Under the pieces are notes generated by a model. The model worked only from the letters and a program-made list of their open reading frames with translations, made no database searches and was not told where the DNA came from. This document shows positions 36,866 to 51,214 of a stretch of 64,000 nt of DNA, in pieces (the first letter of the stretch is position 1; the number at the start of each line of letters is the position of its first letter). The DNA comes from Octopus sinensis (lineage: Eukaryota): NCBI RefSeq assembly GCF_006345805.1, contig NC_043006.1, forward strand, positions 54,870,001 to 54,934,000. Reading direction: 5' to 3'. The translations under genes were made by a program, and so were the position numbers.

Positions 36866-38074
36866 GAGACCACTCAATTCTAGAGTCTTTAAATATTTGA
36901 TCACTGAAGAATGAAAAGGATAGGAAAAAAAAAAAAATTTTTTAAACCGCAGTTAATTGGTAAATATCACAGACGAACTCCAGAAAAAGATTTGGAAATT
37001 ATCAGAAGACCCAGTATATTTCTCATTTAATTTGAAAGTAAACTCTGTGAAGAGATCCTAATGTTGTCAAGTGTAACTTCTGTTTTCATAATGTCAGTTA
37101 TTTAGGAATGAGACGCCATTGAAACCGGTCACACATCTCTATTTAGCAACAATGGTTAAAATTACTTAAGTGAAAATATTGTGTAGTGTCATATGGCAAA
37201 GAGCATTTCTTCACTTCACTCAATTTAGTTGTGAAGTATAAAGTAATATTGATTAACAGTTATTTTTGACAGGAAAATTCCAAGCACTGTGCTGATCCTG
37301 AATAAAGACCTACACATCAGTGTCTGCAGGACAAACATGGAGAGAGCAACAAAATCTAGGATGGATTCAAATGTTTACAATGTAAGGAACTCCACTAAGG
37401 GTACCCAAAGACCAAGTGGTGTTGGTTAAGAGGGTGCCAGTACTGTAAAGAATAGTCAAAATATCAGCCCACCTGAAGTAAAAAAAAAAAAATTTAACCA
37501 ATAACAAAGAAAAGCCAACAGAAATTGTCCTTTTATGGCCTTTTTCCATGATGGCATGGGTCAGATAGTTTGAGAAGATCTGATAAGTTGGAGGGCTACA
37601 TCTTGTTCCAATGTCTCAGTTTCAGCATGGTTCCTGCAGCTAGATGTTCTTCCTAATGCCAACCAATTTACAGAATGTTCTAGGTGCATTTTCTCATGGC
37701 ACTAGCACCAGTAGCTTGCAAGGTGAAAGAGAGAACTCCATGACCGAAAGAGTAGAAGTTATAGAATGAGAAAAGAAATAGATTTACTGGTGCGAGAGGA
37801 TGGTAGTGGAAATAGAAAGAAAAAAGTAAAAAAAAGTCTCCATATTGAAAAATTTAAATGTGACTGAGATATCACCACGTCGTCATCATCATCATCACCA
37901 TCATCAGTTAGCTGCATGTTTAACTATGGCATCATCATCACCACATTTTCAATAAAAATACAAGGAAAGGATAAAATTTCATTTGCGTCACCAAAGTAAC
38001 TTATTTTAAATAGGCTAAGATAAATTACAATCATGTTTGGAAGTGTTGCTGAAATATATTGAGTGATTTACGAA

Positions 38075-38665
38075 TAATAATAATAATAATAATAATTTCA
38101 AATTTTGGTACAGGGCCAACAATTTCAGAAGAGGGGTAAGTCAATTACATTGACCCCAGTGTTCAACTGGTACTTATTTTATCAACCCCAAAAGGATGAA
38201 AGGCAAAGTTGACCTCAGTGGAATTTGAACTCGGACCATAAAGACGGGTGAAATGCCGCTAAGCATTTTGCCCGGTGTGCTAATAATTCGGTCAGCTCAC
38301 TGCCTTAATAATAATAACAACAATTAATAATAATAATGATTTAATTGTCGAAATATTCAGTTCAATAAACAAAGTCAATTAGTGTTTTATTACACATTGC
38401 ATCACACTCTTCTAATTGGGATCAATAATAATAATAATAATATCAATTCTTTCTACTACAGGCACAATACCTGAAATTTTAGGGGAGAAGACTAGTCGAT
38501 TACATCAACCCCAGTACTTGACTGGCACTTACTTTATCAACCTTGAAAGGCTGAAAGGCAAAGTTGACCTCAGCAGAAATTGAACCCAGAACATAAGGAG
38601 CTGGAAGAAACGCCGCTAAGCATTTTGCCCAACATGCTAACGGTTCTGCCAGCTCACTGCCTTAA
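38075..38665 (-). mobile_element. Two tandem family A SINEs, each with (AAT)n runs
   Basis: ~38075-38310 and ~38425-38665, same orientation. Confidence 0.88.
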
Positions 38666-39180
38666 TAATAATAATAATAATAATGATAAACCATTTTTTT
38701 TTTTTCTGTTTGTTTTTCTTGAGATAAGTTAAAGACTTTAGCAGCAAAAAGAGTGACCATTTCAAGGATAAAATATAAAGCAAGAACATATGCTGCAAGG
38801 CATTAAGTAAAGTAAAAATAAACTCCTGACTGACTGTAACGAAATAAAGATAAGACAAAAACCATTGGTGGAATAATTAAAATTTACTGAAGAGGAATAA
38901 AATTGTATGGTAGCTGTACATTATATGTGGCAGAAATTGTAGCAGCATTGTGGATGATGTTGATAATGACGAAGATGATGAGACAAAGTTGATAGAGAAT
39001 GTATGGCAGGGAAAGAAGGAAGAGGAGGAGGAGGAGGGGAGTCAAGGAATAGTAAAGAGAGCAGGAGAAAATGGTAGAATGAGGGATAGAAAGAGGACAG
39101 ATAGATCAGATTATAGAAAAATAAAGGGGTGAGCAGAGACAGGTAATTAGACAAGAAGGTGGGGAGTACAAAAGATTAGT

Positions 39181-39184
<4 letters not shown>

Positions 39185-39246
<62 letters not shown>
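39185..39246. repeat. (GA)n microsatellite
   Basis: Perfect GA run. Confidence 0.97.
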
Positions 39247-39251
<5 letters not shown>

Positions 39252-39360
39252 AGAGAGATACGAAAAAGATGAGAATGAGCAGAATAGAGAATAAGTGTAA
39301 GAGTAGGTGTATGTGGAAAGAGAAAGAGAGATGTGAGGAGGAGAGGGAGATGAGTGAAGG

Positions 39361-39555
39361 GAAGAGAAAGATGTGTGAGGGGGAGAGAAAGACGTGTGAG
39401 GGGGAGAGAAAGACGTGTGAGGGGAGAGAGAAAGGCGTGTGAGGGGGGAGAGAAAGACGTGTGAGGGGGAGAGAAAGACGTGTGAGGAGAGAGAGAAAGA
39501 CGTGTGAGGAGAGAGAGAAAGATGTGTGAGGGGGATAGAAAAATGTGTGAGAGAT
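39361..39555. repeat. ~21-bp purine-rich minisatellite (AGAGAAAGACGTGTGAGGGGG), about 9 units
   Basis: Tandem units read directly. Confidence 0.92.
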
Positions 39556-42500
39556 AAGGGAGAAAGTAGACTAGAGAGAGAGAATAAGGGAAAGAGTAGA
39601 TGAGAGAGAGTAGTTGAGAATATGAAGAAGAGAGATTAAATGTAAGACATGGTGTGTGTGTGTGTGTCTGTGTATAGATAGAGAGAGAGGGGGAGAGAGA
39701 GAAAGAGAGTACATGTGTGAGAGGGAGAGTAGATGGAAGAAAAGGAAGGTGAAAGAGTAAACGAGAGTGAGATCAGAGAGAGTAGATGAGACAAAGAAAG
39801 AGAGAGAGAGCAGAAATAAATAGAACATGTAGGAAAAAAATAAGAGAGAATAGGAAATGTGAAAGAGACAGGGCGTGTTTGAAAGCAAAGATAAAGAACA
39901 TAGCAAGTGTCGCAGTGCTGTGGAATAGCAACAGAGACCAGTATTTAGATCATAACAAAGATATTGAAAAGTATTTTTAAATAAAAAGAAAATGCATATA
40001 GAAAACAATAAATTAAAAAAAAAATATAGAGACAATTTTTTTTTTTTCCATTCTGAATATATGTTTATATACTTTTTCCCCCCCTTTTAAATCTGATAAT
40101 CCAATGCAGTGGAAAATTAGTGTCCATATTTTATTCTGTGATACAGAAGTTAACTAAATAAGCGGGAAAATGCCAGCGTGCACAAACACACACACACACG
40201 CACGCACATCACACAGCTTTGAGGTGACACTATTTCAAATATAGTGCAAATCAAATTGATTGGTTAAGCTTCAAAAAGATGACCTGGACAACTAATTACC
40301 AAACAATAACAAGCATAAAGAACCCTAAAGATAAATGGAGGGGCCAATTTAGATCTGTGGTAGGAACTCAATCAAATAAGTCAGGAAGTTTGACCACTTT
40401 TTATAATTTGAAGGTAAAACAAGGGTGAGTTTATTTGATGTTGATTCAGTCAACTAAGGTTCCATCAGATGATTAGTCAAGTTTAATTGGCATAAGGAAT
40501 GAAGGATGTATGTCTAATCCTTTAGCATCGAAACCAGCCATATACAGCACAAACATTCTATATATTTTACGTTCAAACTGGCCAGACAGTCTCTCACCTA
40601 CCCTACAGTGTCATTCTAAAAATAACAATCGCATCATTGAAGTTTCAAAGCTTTGAGATAATGCATGATTAATTCAAAAGAATGTGAAGAAATAAGCATT
40701 ACATTTGAGAGAATAATCAGAATGTGAAAAGGATCAGTCCTTGCCACTTGTTCTGTGCATGTGTGTGTGTGTGTGAGGAGTGTAAGAGAGAGAGAGAGAG
40801 GTGTTATGCTTTGATCTTTGGGTAAGAAAATTTAAAAAAAAAACGTTTTTAGCTTGTTGTTTTTTCTCTCTCTCTTCCCCTCACTCTTTGACTAAAGGAA
40901 ATGCTTAGAACTAAAAGATTCTTCATTCTTTGTGGCAACAGAACTTTTTGAAAACTCTGCCTCCAGAGTTTGAATTTTAACTTATGATCCCTGCATCTAC
41001 TACAGAAACAAAAATGTTCTATATTATCATGTGACCACACATTTCAAGGAAGGGGAGAGAGAGAGAGATCATAATATGGATTCCTATTACATTACTGTGA
41101 CTTATTTTATTGACCCTCAGACTGATATAAAGCAAAACTGACAAAATGTAGGGAAATATAAGGAAAAACAACATAGTTCCAGCACTCCTTTGCTATAAAG
41201 AATAACGATATCAAATTTTGGCACAAGGCCAGTAATTTTACAAGGAGAGGGTAAGTCAGTTACACTGACCCCAGGGCTTGACCTCAAAAGGATGAAAAGC
41301 AAAGTTAACCTTGGTAGAATTTGAACTTAGAATATAAAGCTAGAAGAAATACCACTAAGCATTTTGTCTGACACACTAATGATTCTACCACCAGCATGCT
41401 GCCTTTATGTTACAGAATAGGAACACACTTATGAAGATAGGAAACAACTCAAAATCTGAGTAACAATTGTATAACAGTTCAACATAGAGGAAAAAAAGAA
41501 AAGCAGCAAAGAATGGATATCATTCTTGAATCACAAATAGGTTAGTGATTAATCTTTACTTTCATAGTTGTACACAAATGAAAGAACTTTTCCTTTCTAT
41601 AGAATGCTAGTCTATGGCAGACAAACTGTACTTGCAATAGAATTTGAACTCAAAACTGCAAACAAAATATACATGTCAACTCCACAATGTTACTGATGCA
41701 TATCACAGTGAATTATTCTGTGTTGGAGGAAGTCTACAAAGAGGTAGGCAGCCTTGGTTGTTGACAGGTATCTTGGCTGTGGACATTATGCAGTGCTAGC
41801 CACAGGATATGAAACTCCACCCACCACCTTCCAGGTGCTGTCTCCAGTACTCTATCAATATGACTTCCTTTAACTCTCCTTCTGAACGAAGCATCAATGA
41901 AATAAATTCTCAAAGAGACATTGCACCTAAGTAAGGAAACAACAGGCATTTACTTTCACAGCTTCTCTGCATTTCGACATAGTTCCTATTGTAACAGTGA
42001 AGAGAAAGGATCATAACGATCAACTTGATACAAGTACCTGAGAGGTCATGTATTCCTATGTCTCCAAACTGCTATGGTATTGCACCCTTGGAAAGGTACT
42101 AAGTAATTCTTGTTTTCATAGCCAATATAATTTTCCAAGTTTATATATCTATGCAGGCAGCATTCACACACCACTTTTAAAAATTTCAGTCATTGGACTG
42201 TGGTTATGCTGGGAAACAGATTGCATGATTTTAATCACCTACTGGGTAAAGACTTCCTTTGGTCATGAATGATCACAGGATTGCACTTAGAAAGTTACCC
42301 TCTGAAGCACAAATCCAGGCAAGGTTGATTATGGAAGACTAGCAGTTGCCCATGCAAACCAGCCTCCCTCTCTACACCACTGATGTTATCCAGAGAAAGG
42401 CAAAGGCCAATACAGTTTGTCACCAGTGACATTGCAACTCATTTCTACAGCTGAGTTAACTGGAGCAACGTGAAATAAAGTGTCTTGCTCAAGAACAGGT

Positions 42501-44393
42501 ATATTAAATCAAGTGCTATTTTATCAAATGACTAAATTACCTTTTGAGACAGTACCAGTTTTGATACTAGTGAAAATAAACAGATGCATACTCAGGTCTT
42601 TAGCAGCTTCCATTTACCACATTTCGCTCACAAGATATTGGTCAACTTCACTTATAGTAGTAGATACTTGACCAAGGTGCAGTGATTTGAGCTCAGAACC
42701 ACATGACTGCAAAGACACAGCCTTTCCTGCACCCTAAATCTATTTTGAGTTAAGGAATCCAACAACTATGAATTTTGGCCTTACTTTGATATAGAATATT
42801 CTTGTGAACTGAAATAAATATCAGCCAAACTAGTTTCAATCTTGTGTTGAGTCTTCATAGGCAAATGAAAACCCACTTTACCTATCAATGAGACACTGCT
42901 TATAAACCCACTATTGCTAAGGGCTTAAGTAAATGGATTGATTATCATCATATATAATGCAATTTTAGCAGTTAATTTGATTAATAAATCACTGGTGCAC
43001 TTACTATCTTAATATCAAGTACTTCTGTAGAATCTCTTCACAACTATTACTATACATATTCTTTCACTAGTTTCAATCAATGGCTTGTAGCCATGATGGG
43101 GCACTTCATATATTTCAAACTCAAAGAAAAATAATTCACCCTACACAATAAAGTAATAGGGGTTACTTGGCCAATCTTTTGATTTTTTTTGGGGGGGATG
43201 AAAGCTATCAGTCATCAGGTAATCAACTCTAGTTAGATATATTGATACTTTTAGGTACCAAAGGACTAACTGATATTGTAAATCTGATATGTTTTGTACT
43301 TGTGTATAAAACAATCTTCAAAAAATAAAACCAATCAGCTTTCCTTTAAAAATAAGAGCATTTTTGTTTCTTGCTATTCTTAAACTTCTGGATGATTTTA
43401 AACAGTATATAAAAAAATATATGTTGAAGAGGAATGGAGCGTTAACATAGATTGGTAGACTCCACCAGATTCCTCATTTACTATGAATTGTTGGAGCAAG
43501 CCTTTGTTTCATTCTTAAACAATAACTAAATGCTTTTCCATATGGTAATCAAATTAGCTGTGAAGTGGATGAGTTACTGATTTTTCTATGATCGCTTTGA
43601 GTCATATCCAAGAAAATGACTTCTTTAAAGTAATAACAGAGCTATGTTGCCATGAATAACTATCTAGCAGCAAAAGAATTTAACTGGTCCATAATAACAA
43701 TAATAATTTCCAATATAGGCACAAGGCCACACATTTTGAGTTGCAGGAAAAGATAAATCACCTCCATTTTGTCAGCTTTGGAAGGAATAAAAGTAAAGTC
43801 AACCTTGAAGGGATCTGTTCTATAATGTAAATGGTCAAAACTAAATGCTACAAAAGCATTTAGTCTTCATTTTTACTATATCCACCAAAAGAAGAAGGGG
43901 GAAAAATAAACTTGATTAAAAAATAAATGACTAATATTATCCTCATAAACTACCATAACACAGTTTCCATAAGACAAAGTGTAAAAACAAAATGGGAGTT
44001 AAAAAAAAAGAGGAGTAAATAAGTGGTTGTGATGTTTTTGTCTGCTGGAGACTATGCAAAGTCATACCAATGCTAAAAGAAAAAAGAACAAAAACAGGTA
44101 TCACATTCTGCTGGAGTGACAAAATGGGAAGCAGCAAAGCAATAATAGCACAGCAAAATTAAAGTGACATGTAATGTGGCTGCTGGTAATGGACATGTCC
44201 TGAAGAGAAAAACACATAAATACCCTTTTCTCGCTCTTCACACGAGTCCCATGTAACCATGAAGTCAACCAATAAGAATCTGGAGAAGAACCCTCAAAAC
44301 AGGAGGAAAAAAAAAAGAAAAAAAAAGAAAAGAAAAAATAGAAGATGAAGTCACCCAAACATTCATGGTTGATTGGATGACAGGTAAAATATA

Positions 44394-45311
44394 CCATAAA
44401 TCCTCGAGTATAGTCCGCCCTTGAGTATAATACACAGGGGATTTTTAGGGGCTGTACCTCTGAAAAACGTAAACCTTGTGTATAATATGCACCCCTTCTC
44501 TAACTTGAGTCAAGGAGGTCTATATAACGTCCTTGGTTTATAAAAATGTATACGGTAACGTCCTTTATTATTGCCTTCTTTATCTTTGGTATCTGTTTAA
44601 TTTCATCTTTATTTCTTCTCCATAACCTGACATTGCTTTCGTCAACATCAAATTTTCTTCTGGCGGCCCTATTACCATGCTCTTCAGCATATGATATAAC
44701 TTCAAGTTTAAACATAGCTGAATAAGATCTACGAGGCATTTTATGGGCATGTAATGTATAAAATATTTTATTGGAGATTAATGTACAGGTTTAAGTCCCG
44801 CTTATAAAAAACCCTAGTAAAGACCCACAGTAGTTCAAGCATTTAATACTGGTATTTAATAAAGTATCTATTGTTTGACACAGTAATGATGCAAACTGCT
44901 AATACAAACAGCAGGATGAATTATTTAGCGCTAAACTATCAAGTACAATTCGTGCATAATTAAGCCAGCAGTACCTAGTCGAACAAACACTTCCGCGCAT
45001 GCGTAATACAATAATGGTGATGTTCTTAACTGTTATATGGGAATGTAAATATGTTTTCAAATTGTTTTTGTTACATGTTATTCCGTGTTCAGAATACTTT
45101 TATGACTTCATTGCTTTCAGGCTTAGCTTAATGTGTTTTCGTGCCTGACATTACAAAATGCGTCTGAATAAACATTGCTGGACAGCAAATAGAGACTTGG
45201 ACATTGCTTAGAAAATATTTTTCATCTTTAACCTCGTATATAGTACACATTAGGGAATTTGACCTTTAAATTTTTGGGGAAAAAATGCGGATTATCCTCG
45301 AGGATTTACGG
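44394..45311 (-). mobile_element. pogo/Tigger-like DNA transposon deletion derivative, 918 bp
   Basis: 25-bp TIRs CCATAAATCCTCGAGTATAGTCCGC / CCGTAAATCCTCGAGGATAATCCGC (3 mismatches), TA on both sides, truncated transposase ORF inside. Confidence 0.92.
44500..44739 (-). CDS. Truncated pogo-type transposase, N-terminal Brinker-like HTH DNA-binding domain only (79 aa)
   Basis: MPRRSYSAMFKLEVISYAEEHGNRAARRKFDVDESNVRLWRRNK matches the RRSY...FKL.V...AE..GNR.A.R.F.V.E..VR.WR pattern of POGK-like transposases. No HTH_Tnp_Tc5 or DDE domain; expression unknown. Confidence 0.7.
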   Translation of the reverse strand: MPRRSYSAMFKLEVISYAEEHGNRAARRKFDVDESNVRLWRRNKDEIKQIPKIKKAIIKDVTVYIFINQGRYIDLLDSS

Positions 45312-45450
45312 TATATATATATATATATGCCTTTCACAGTTTCAGTTCTGGTGCGCCAAGATTTGAGATGATTCACTGCATTTTACGATTCATCAAATTC
45401 AGAGTTAAACCACTAGAGCAGATATCAAACTATAGACACACACACACACA

Positions 45451-45670
45451 CAAAGGGGGTGCTGAAAAGTTCTTGGCTTTAAGGGTATCACAAAAGACCT
45501 GTTTAGAGGCTCAACCTTCCAAGTTCTTTTACAGGGCTTTGAAAACTGAAGGAGCGCTGCAATAAGTGTGTGAATCTGAGAGGGGAATATGTTAAATAAA
45601 ATCATAATTAACTGATCCCCCCTGTATTTTCTTTTACCCAAAACCAGGAACTTTTCTGTACCACTCTCAT
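45451..45670 (+). mobile_element. Mariner-derived MITE (~220 bp)
   Basis: TIRs AGGGGGTGCTGAAAAGTTCTTGGCTTT / AAAACCAGGAACTTTTCTGTACCACTCT; internal ERCNKCVNLRGEYV resembles the mariner transposase C-terminus. Confidence 0.8.
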
Positions 45671-48600
45671 GTATATGTGTATATATATATACTTTATCAT
45701 ATACACACATGTAAACATATGCTATCTCTCTCTCACTGTTATACATGCATAAGCATAAGATGAATGGTAAAGTGCGATGTTTTTATCACTTTTCAAATGG
45801 AATTAGCCTTCTAGATGGTAGTACCAATTTTCAGTGGCTTGCCATCAAACCAACCCATCTTCTCTTGTTCAAAGTCATTCCTGAACTTTCAGATTTAATT
45901 TGATATTACAATGTTGAGTGTGTGTGTGTGTGTCTGTCTGTATGTGTATGTAAGCACGTGCACAAATACTGTAAAATTTAGACACACTTTATACACCGGA
46001 AAAGCATAAAATAATAAAGCCTAAATGTTGAAAAAAATTGGTGGCAAATATATAAACTGCATCATTCAGATTTTCCATGCTTTGTTTTGGAGAACAATTT
46101 ACAATTTTTATATATTTGTTGATTATTGTTGATATAAGGATTTAGAAACTTTCAGAGAATGTGAAATACACACAAACATATAAGTACATGAATAGTTGTT
46201 TGATTAAGAAATTCACTGTGAGAATGTGTGTGTGTGTTTGTGTGAGTGAGTGTGTGCGCATGGATTGCTGATGTATATTGGCAAAAGATATAAAACATCA
46301 ATCAGCAAGAAAATCAATAGACTAGTACTTCTTGGGAGAAAAAGAAAAAAATGGTATTTTGGTATTTGTTCTGCACATGTGGTACATACACTCACTTGTC
46401 ACTCATGCCAACATAAAACCAGAGACTGGCTCATTGAAAACTTGTAATTAATAATGTTATGGTTCTCAAAGTGTAATAATATGTGTGCATGTGTATATGT
46501 GTGTCTGGAAAGGCAATAAAATTTTCTATGATTAATTCAATGTGGAGAGATTTACATCTTTATTCACTTTTTTTGTTTTTGTATTAGACAAAATCAGACT
46601 AGGGAAAACATTCTTTCATAAAAGGAATGAATTATCTTAAAATTTAATATCTTCACTCTAAAACAAAAGAAACTGATTGTCATTCAAGCATTCAAACAAT
46701 ATTTTAGAGGTTCTTGTTAAACACTGAATGATGACAATACATGTTTACGACAAATAACATGTTAGGATATGAAAAAGAATGATCACTGACATATATCTTA
46801 AGGATGAGAATTTTGTGGGGAGGAAAAAAGGTGTCAGAATGAAGAAGTTAGTCAGAAGTTGAGAGTTTTGTATTCTTTAGTATTATATCTTACAACTTTT
46901 GAAAATTCAAAAATAATTGATGTGAAAAAAAAAAAAAAAAAAAAAAAATCAACCAGCTTAGGAAAAGAATTTCAATAAACCAAATTTGTTTTTGATGAGT
47001 TAAACACTAATTTTCTGCCATCCCAAAAGCCTTCCAGAGTTCAACTTATTAACTCTTTCAAAATCAGAATATGTCAGCAGCAGCAGCCACCCCCACCCCA
47101 CTACTACTACTACTACCCTTCCTCCTCCTCCTCCTCCTCATATCAATAATAAGATGAAGTGAGGTAGAGAGGGAAGGAAAAGTTATATATATGATGTAAG
47201 GCCTGCCCAAACTGACTAACTTTGGGTGTATATGACATTACTGTAATTTCAAAGTGTTAAAATTATGCTTGATTCTATCTACAGACTGAATATATCAAAT
47301 TAACAAGCATACAGTTAGGGATAATGTATTTCAGTGTTCATTAAGAAAACTAACAGAAATATGGTGTGAAACAATACAATAACTGTCATGTGGAAAGGTT
47401 TTCTCTCTCACATTTACTGTCTTCTCAACAGTAGCTTTTGTTCTGTAGATAATTAAATCATTTGTTTTGTTTCATTAGTGAGAAGTGTAATTGAAAGTTA
47501 CTATTATTGCAGCTATCTAAATATAAGGAATTATGTCAATTGAATTCAATAGGAATCAAGATGGTAATACTCTCAAATAAGTATATGTAAAACAGAAGGT
47601 ATAACAACTATATTATAATTAGCATGTGAAAACATCAGTTTTTAAAGAACTCCTCTAAAACAGAAAAGACTACTTCTACTACTACTACTACTACAATAAA
47701 TAAATAAATAAATAAAAACTTCAAAAGGAAATCAAATACTTTTAGCCTTTTCTGTAAAACAAGTCAACATCCTATCTCTATTTTCAAAATTTGAAGTGCA
47801 AGAATATGTTTCAAACTCAACATAATCCAATATAAACATCAAGAAAAATGATAGAAAAGGCAATCAATAACAGTTTTATAAATTGTAGTCTTTTTTTTTT
47901 TTTAAACCATACTCTTGCATAAAACCATTTGCATCACCACTGCAAATGGTTATCTCCAACAGATGAAAGAGAAAAAAAAAAAAAAAAAAAAAAAAAAGAG
48001 CTTCCTAGTTATTCTCAGTGATTTTTAGTTTTCTTAAACTAAATTTAAGAATCTCACACCTCAGCTTGGCGAATCCTCAACTACTATAATAAATCACAAT
48101 CTTACTCACTATCCGACATGACCATATACTAAAATTAGATCTTATTTCATTCTCTCACACAAATTTCACATTGGTAAACCCAAATAATACACATTTAATG
48201 CCTTCTTTATGCACCATTTGGAGCCATTCATATCCCCCGACCCCACAACATTATACCATGAATACACAAAATCCCAATAATATTTTAGAAGTAAAAATAT
48301 TAAAAATCTTTCTGGTTAATAACTTTGAGGATTTAGAGTGTTGTTTCTGAATTTAGGATTTATACATAATTCAAGTCAAACCATCTTGCACAAAATTGCA
48401 CACACACACACACACACATACATACATAATAAATATGCACATAACTTTGTGCTTGTGACTATACTCAAATATACTTAATTACTTTTACAATTACAAATAT
48501 GCCAAAAATGTAAATGTTAATTCCATATTTCTAATAACTACTCTACCAAGATATAACAATTATTTTTCTTCCTTCTTGCATTCGTTTTTACATCAGTCTT

Positions 48601-50233
48601 TTTATGTAAGCATGGGTTAGATAATGTGTCGAGGTATTGTTTTACAGTGAGATGCTTTTCCTGTTGCTAACCTTACCTGTTTTTCAAGCAAAGAGATGCC
48701 TTATTTCAAATGTCTTTGAAGGCAGTGGACAATCTACTGACCAGGGAAATGACAGCAACATCACTGACCATAAGTGAGCAATTTCCAGAGGAGCACAAAT
48801 ATAAACACCACCCCTCTCACACACCTATGATGGGTTTTTTTCAGTTACTGTCTCCTAAATCCACTGACAAGGCTTTGGTTATCCTGAGGCCATACTGGAA
48901 GACACTTATCCAAGGTTCCACACAGTGGGACTGAACCCAAAACTTTAAGGTTAGGAAGCAAAGTTCCTAACAACACAGCTACACCTGTGCCTATGAATAG
49001 ACTAATTACTCATCCTCATCACTTAACATTCATTTTCCATGCTGGCATGGGTTAGACAGTTCAACAGAAAGCCAGAGAACTGTGCTGAACTCCAATGTAT
49101 GCTTTGCCATAGTTTCTACAGCTTGATGCCCTTCCTAACACCAAATAACATTTGCAAATATGGTAAAATTGTTTATTCATTTTTTTCTCTAACTGCTCTT
49201 GAATCTGTTACCAAGATGTACCAAATAATGCTAAATTAAAAATTTAGGTAAGAAATTATATGGTTTTATTGGGATTTAGCATAGTAGTTATTGCAAAAAT
49301 TAGATAATTAATCTTTTCATTGCTATATTTCTAATGACTAAAACTGTCACAGAGTTTTAACCTTTTAGCATTCAGATTACTCTTAAATGTAAAACTTATT
49401 TATTCCCACCGTTTTGAATGAATCTTGCATTATCTTGTAGCATCAAGATTTTGAGGATGTGATTCTTTACTTTTATAGTATGACATTGTAAGGTAGATAT
49501 AAGAGGCCATATCTGGCTGGTCTGAACATAAAACAAAGAGAATATTTGGACCGGATATGACCAATTTAAATGCTAAAGAGTCAATGCTCAATATAATCAA
49601 CATTTTGGAGGGATTTAGGAAAATATATCTAACTTTATATAATGTTGTGCATTATGTTGGTGTGTGTGAGGTTGAATTCCCACACTAGAAAGCACATTAT
49701 ATTCTTGAGCAAAGCACTCCATTTCATTTTGTTCCAGTCTGCTCAGCTAAAATGAATACTAGCCAAATGGTAGTGCAGCCCTCTTTCCCCACCTTCTGTC
49801 GCATACTGGATGTTCAGCCGACTTAAGGGCATTAGGGTTGTAGGGGTGCCTATGTATGCTTGCTACTACACAGGCACCTACAACAATTAGCAAAAGCATG
49901 GTGTACACTACCAAATCAAATCTGCCTGCAAGTGAAAGCTGAAGTATCTTTATGTATGCCTGTGTGTATTGAAGTATATTTTTAGTGATTGACTAACTAA
50001 AATCATACAATATCATTCACTTTATGTGGCTTGGAGCATTTAAGTACAAACACATTAGTATGGATAATGCCAGACAGGCTAGTTTTAAAAAGGTTAAATT
50101 CATTCCAGAATTAACAAACTGTAATAGTAGTAGTGGTTGAAATTTGCTGATTTATTTTCAAGTGATATTTCTAATGTTTGCTTATTATCTATAATTTAAA
50201 AAAAATTTCCCATTCGTTTTCTCCCTCTCGCTG

Positions 50234-50267
<34 letters not shown>

Positions 50268-50749
50268 AAAATGTCAATAAATTTAATCTAATTCAATTCC
50301 ATTTCACCAATTTTAGTAACTCTGCTCAACAGCTGACAACCATGCTATATTAAACTATATTGAAACACATTACTAGATATTATAATGGTAAAGAGTAGTC
50401 GGCATGCAGACATAGATTTTCACTGAGTGTGTAGTTTGCTTATGTTTAAGATAAGACTGAAGCATCAGGCTTTTAGTAAATTTGAGAATATAAGTGAACT
50501 CTTGTTATTTAGTTTCAAGTCAGCTCTGATCTACCAGATCTCCATTCAAAACCATTCCTACTGCAATCAGCTTGCTATTTTTTTTTCTTCTTTCCTAAGC
50601 CAGCAGGTAAAGGTGTGATCTGAGGGAACTTTGGTTGTTATTACTAACATGTCAAGTGACCATGCAGAGAGGCTCCCTCACTGAATCAGAGCAAATTCTT
50701 TTTCAGTTATTTTACAAAATAAAAATAGTATTAATTTTGAAACTGTATG

Positions 50750-51055
50750 CTGTGGCCAGTGCCCCCTGACTGGCTCTGTGCTGGTGGCACATAAAAAGCA
50801 CCAACCGAACATGGTCAATGCCAGTACCCTCTGACTGGCCGCCATACTGGTGGCACAGGCACATAAAGAGCACTATCCCAATGTGATCGATGCCAAGCCT
50901 ACCTGACTGGTTCCTGTGCTGGTGGCATGCAAAAAACACCCACTACACTCTTGGAGTGGTTGGTGTTAGGAAGGGCATCCAGCTGTAGAAACATTGCCAG
51001 ATTAGATTGGAGCCTGGTACAGTCGCTGGCTCTCCAAACCTCAGTCAAACCGTAT
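50750..51055 (+). mobile_element. SINE-like family C with three internal tandem units
   Basis: Same architecture as 27350-27700. Confidence 0.85.
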
Positions 51056-51214
51056 GCATATTAATAATGACAGCCTGGAAGTAAGTAGCTAAATAAATAA
51101 GACATATTTACTTTTGTTGCTAGATCTTCAGTATCAAATTATACTTAAAAAAAAAAGTCATAAAATGTGTTAAGTAAGAGTATGTGTGTGTGTGTATGTA
51201 TGTGTGTATATAAT

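Noticed and set aside
38921-40035. Acidic or Leu/Ser-rich ORFs (38950-39132, 39571-40035, 39786-39980)
   Set aside because: Artefacts of the purine-rich low-complexity domain.
41734-41949. 71-aa ORF, possible LINE 3' fragment
   Set aside because: Similarity to RTE C-termini is too weak to call.
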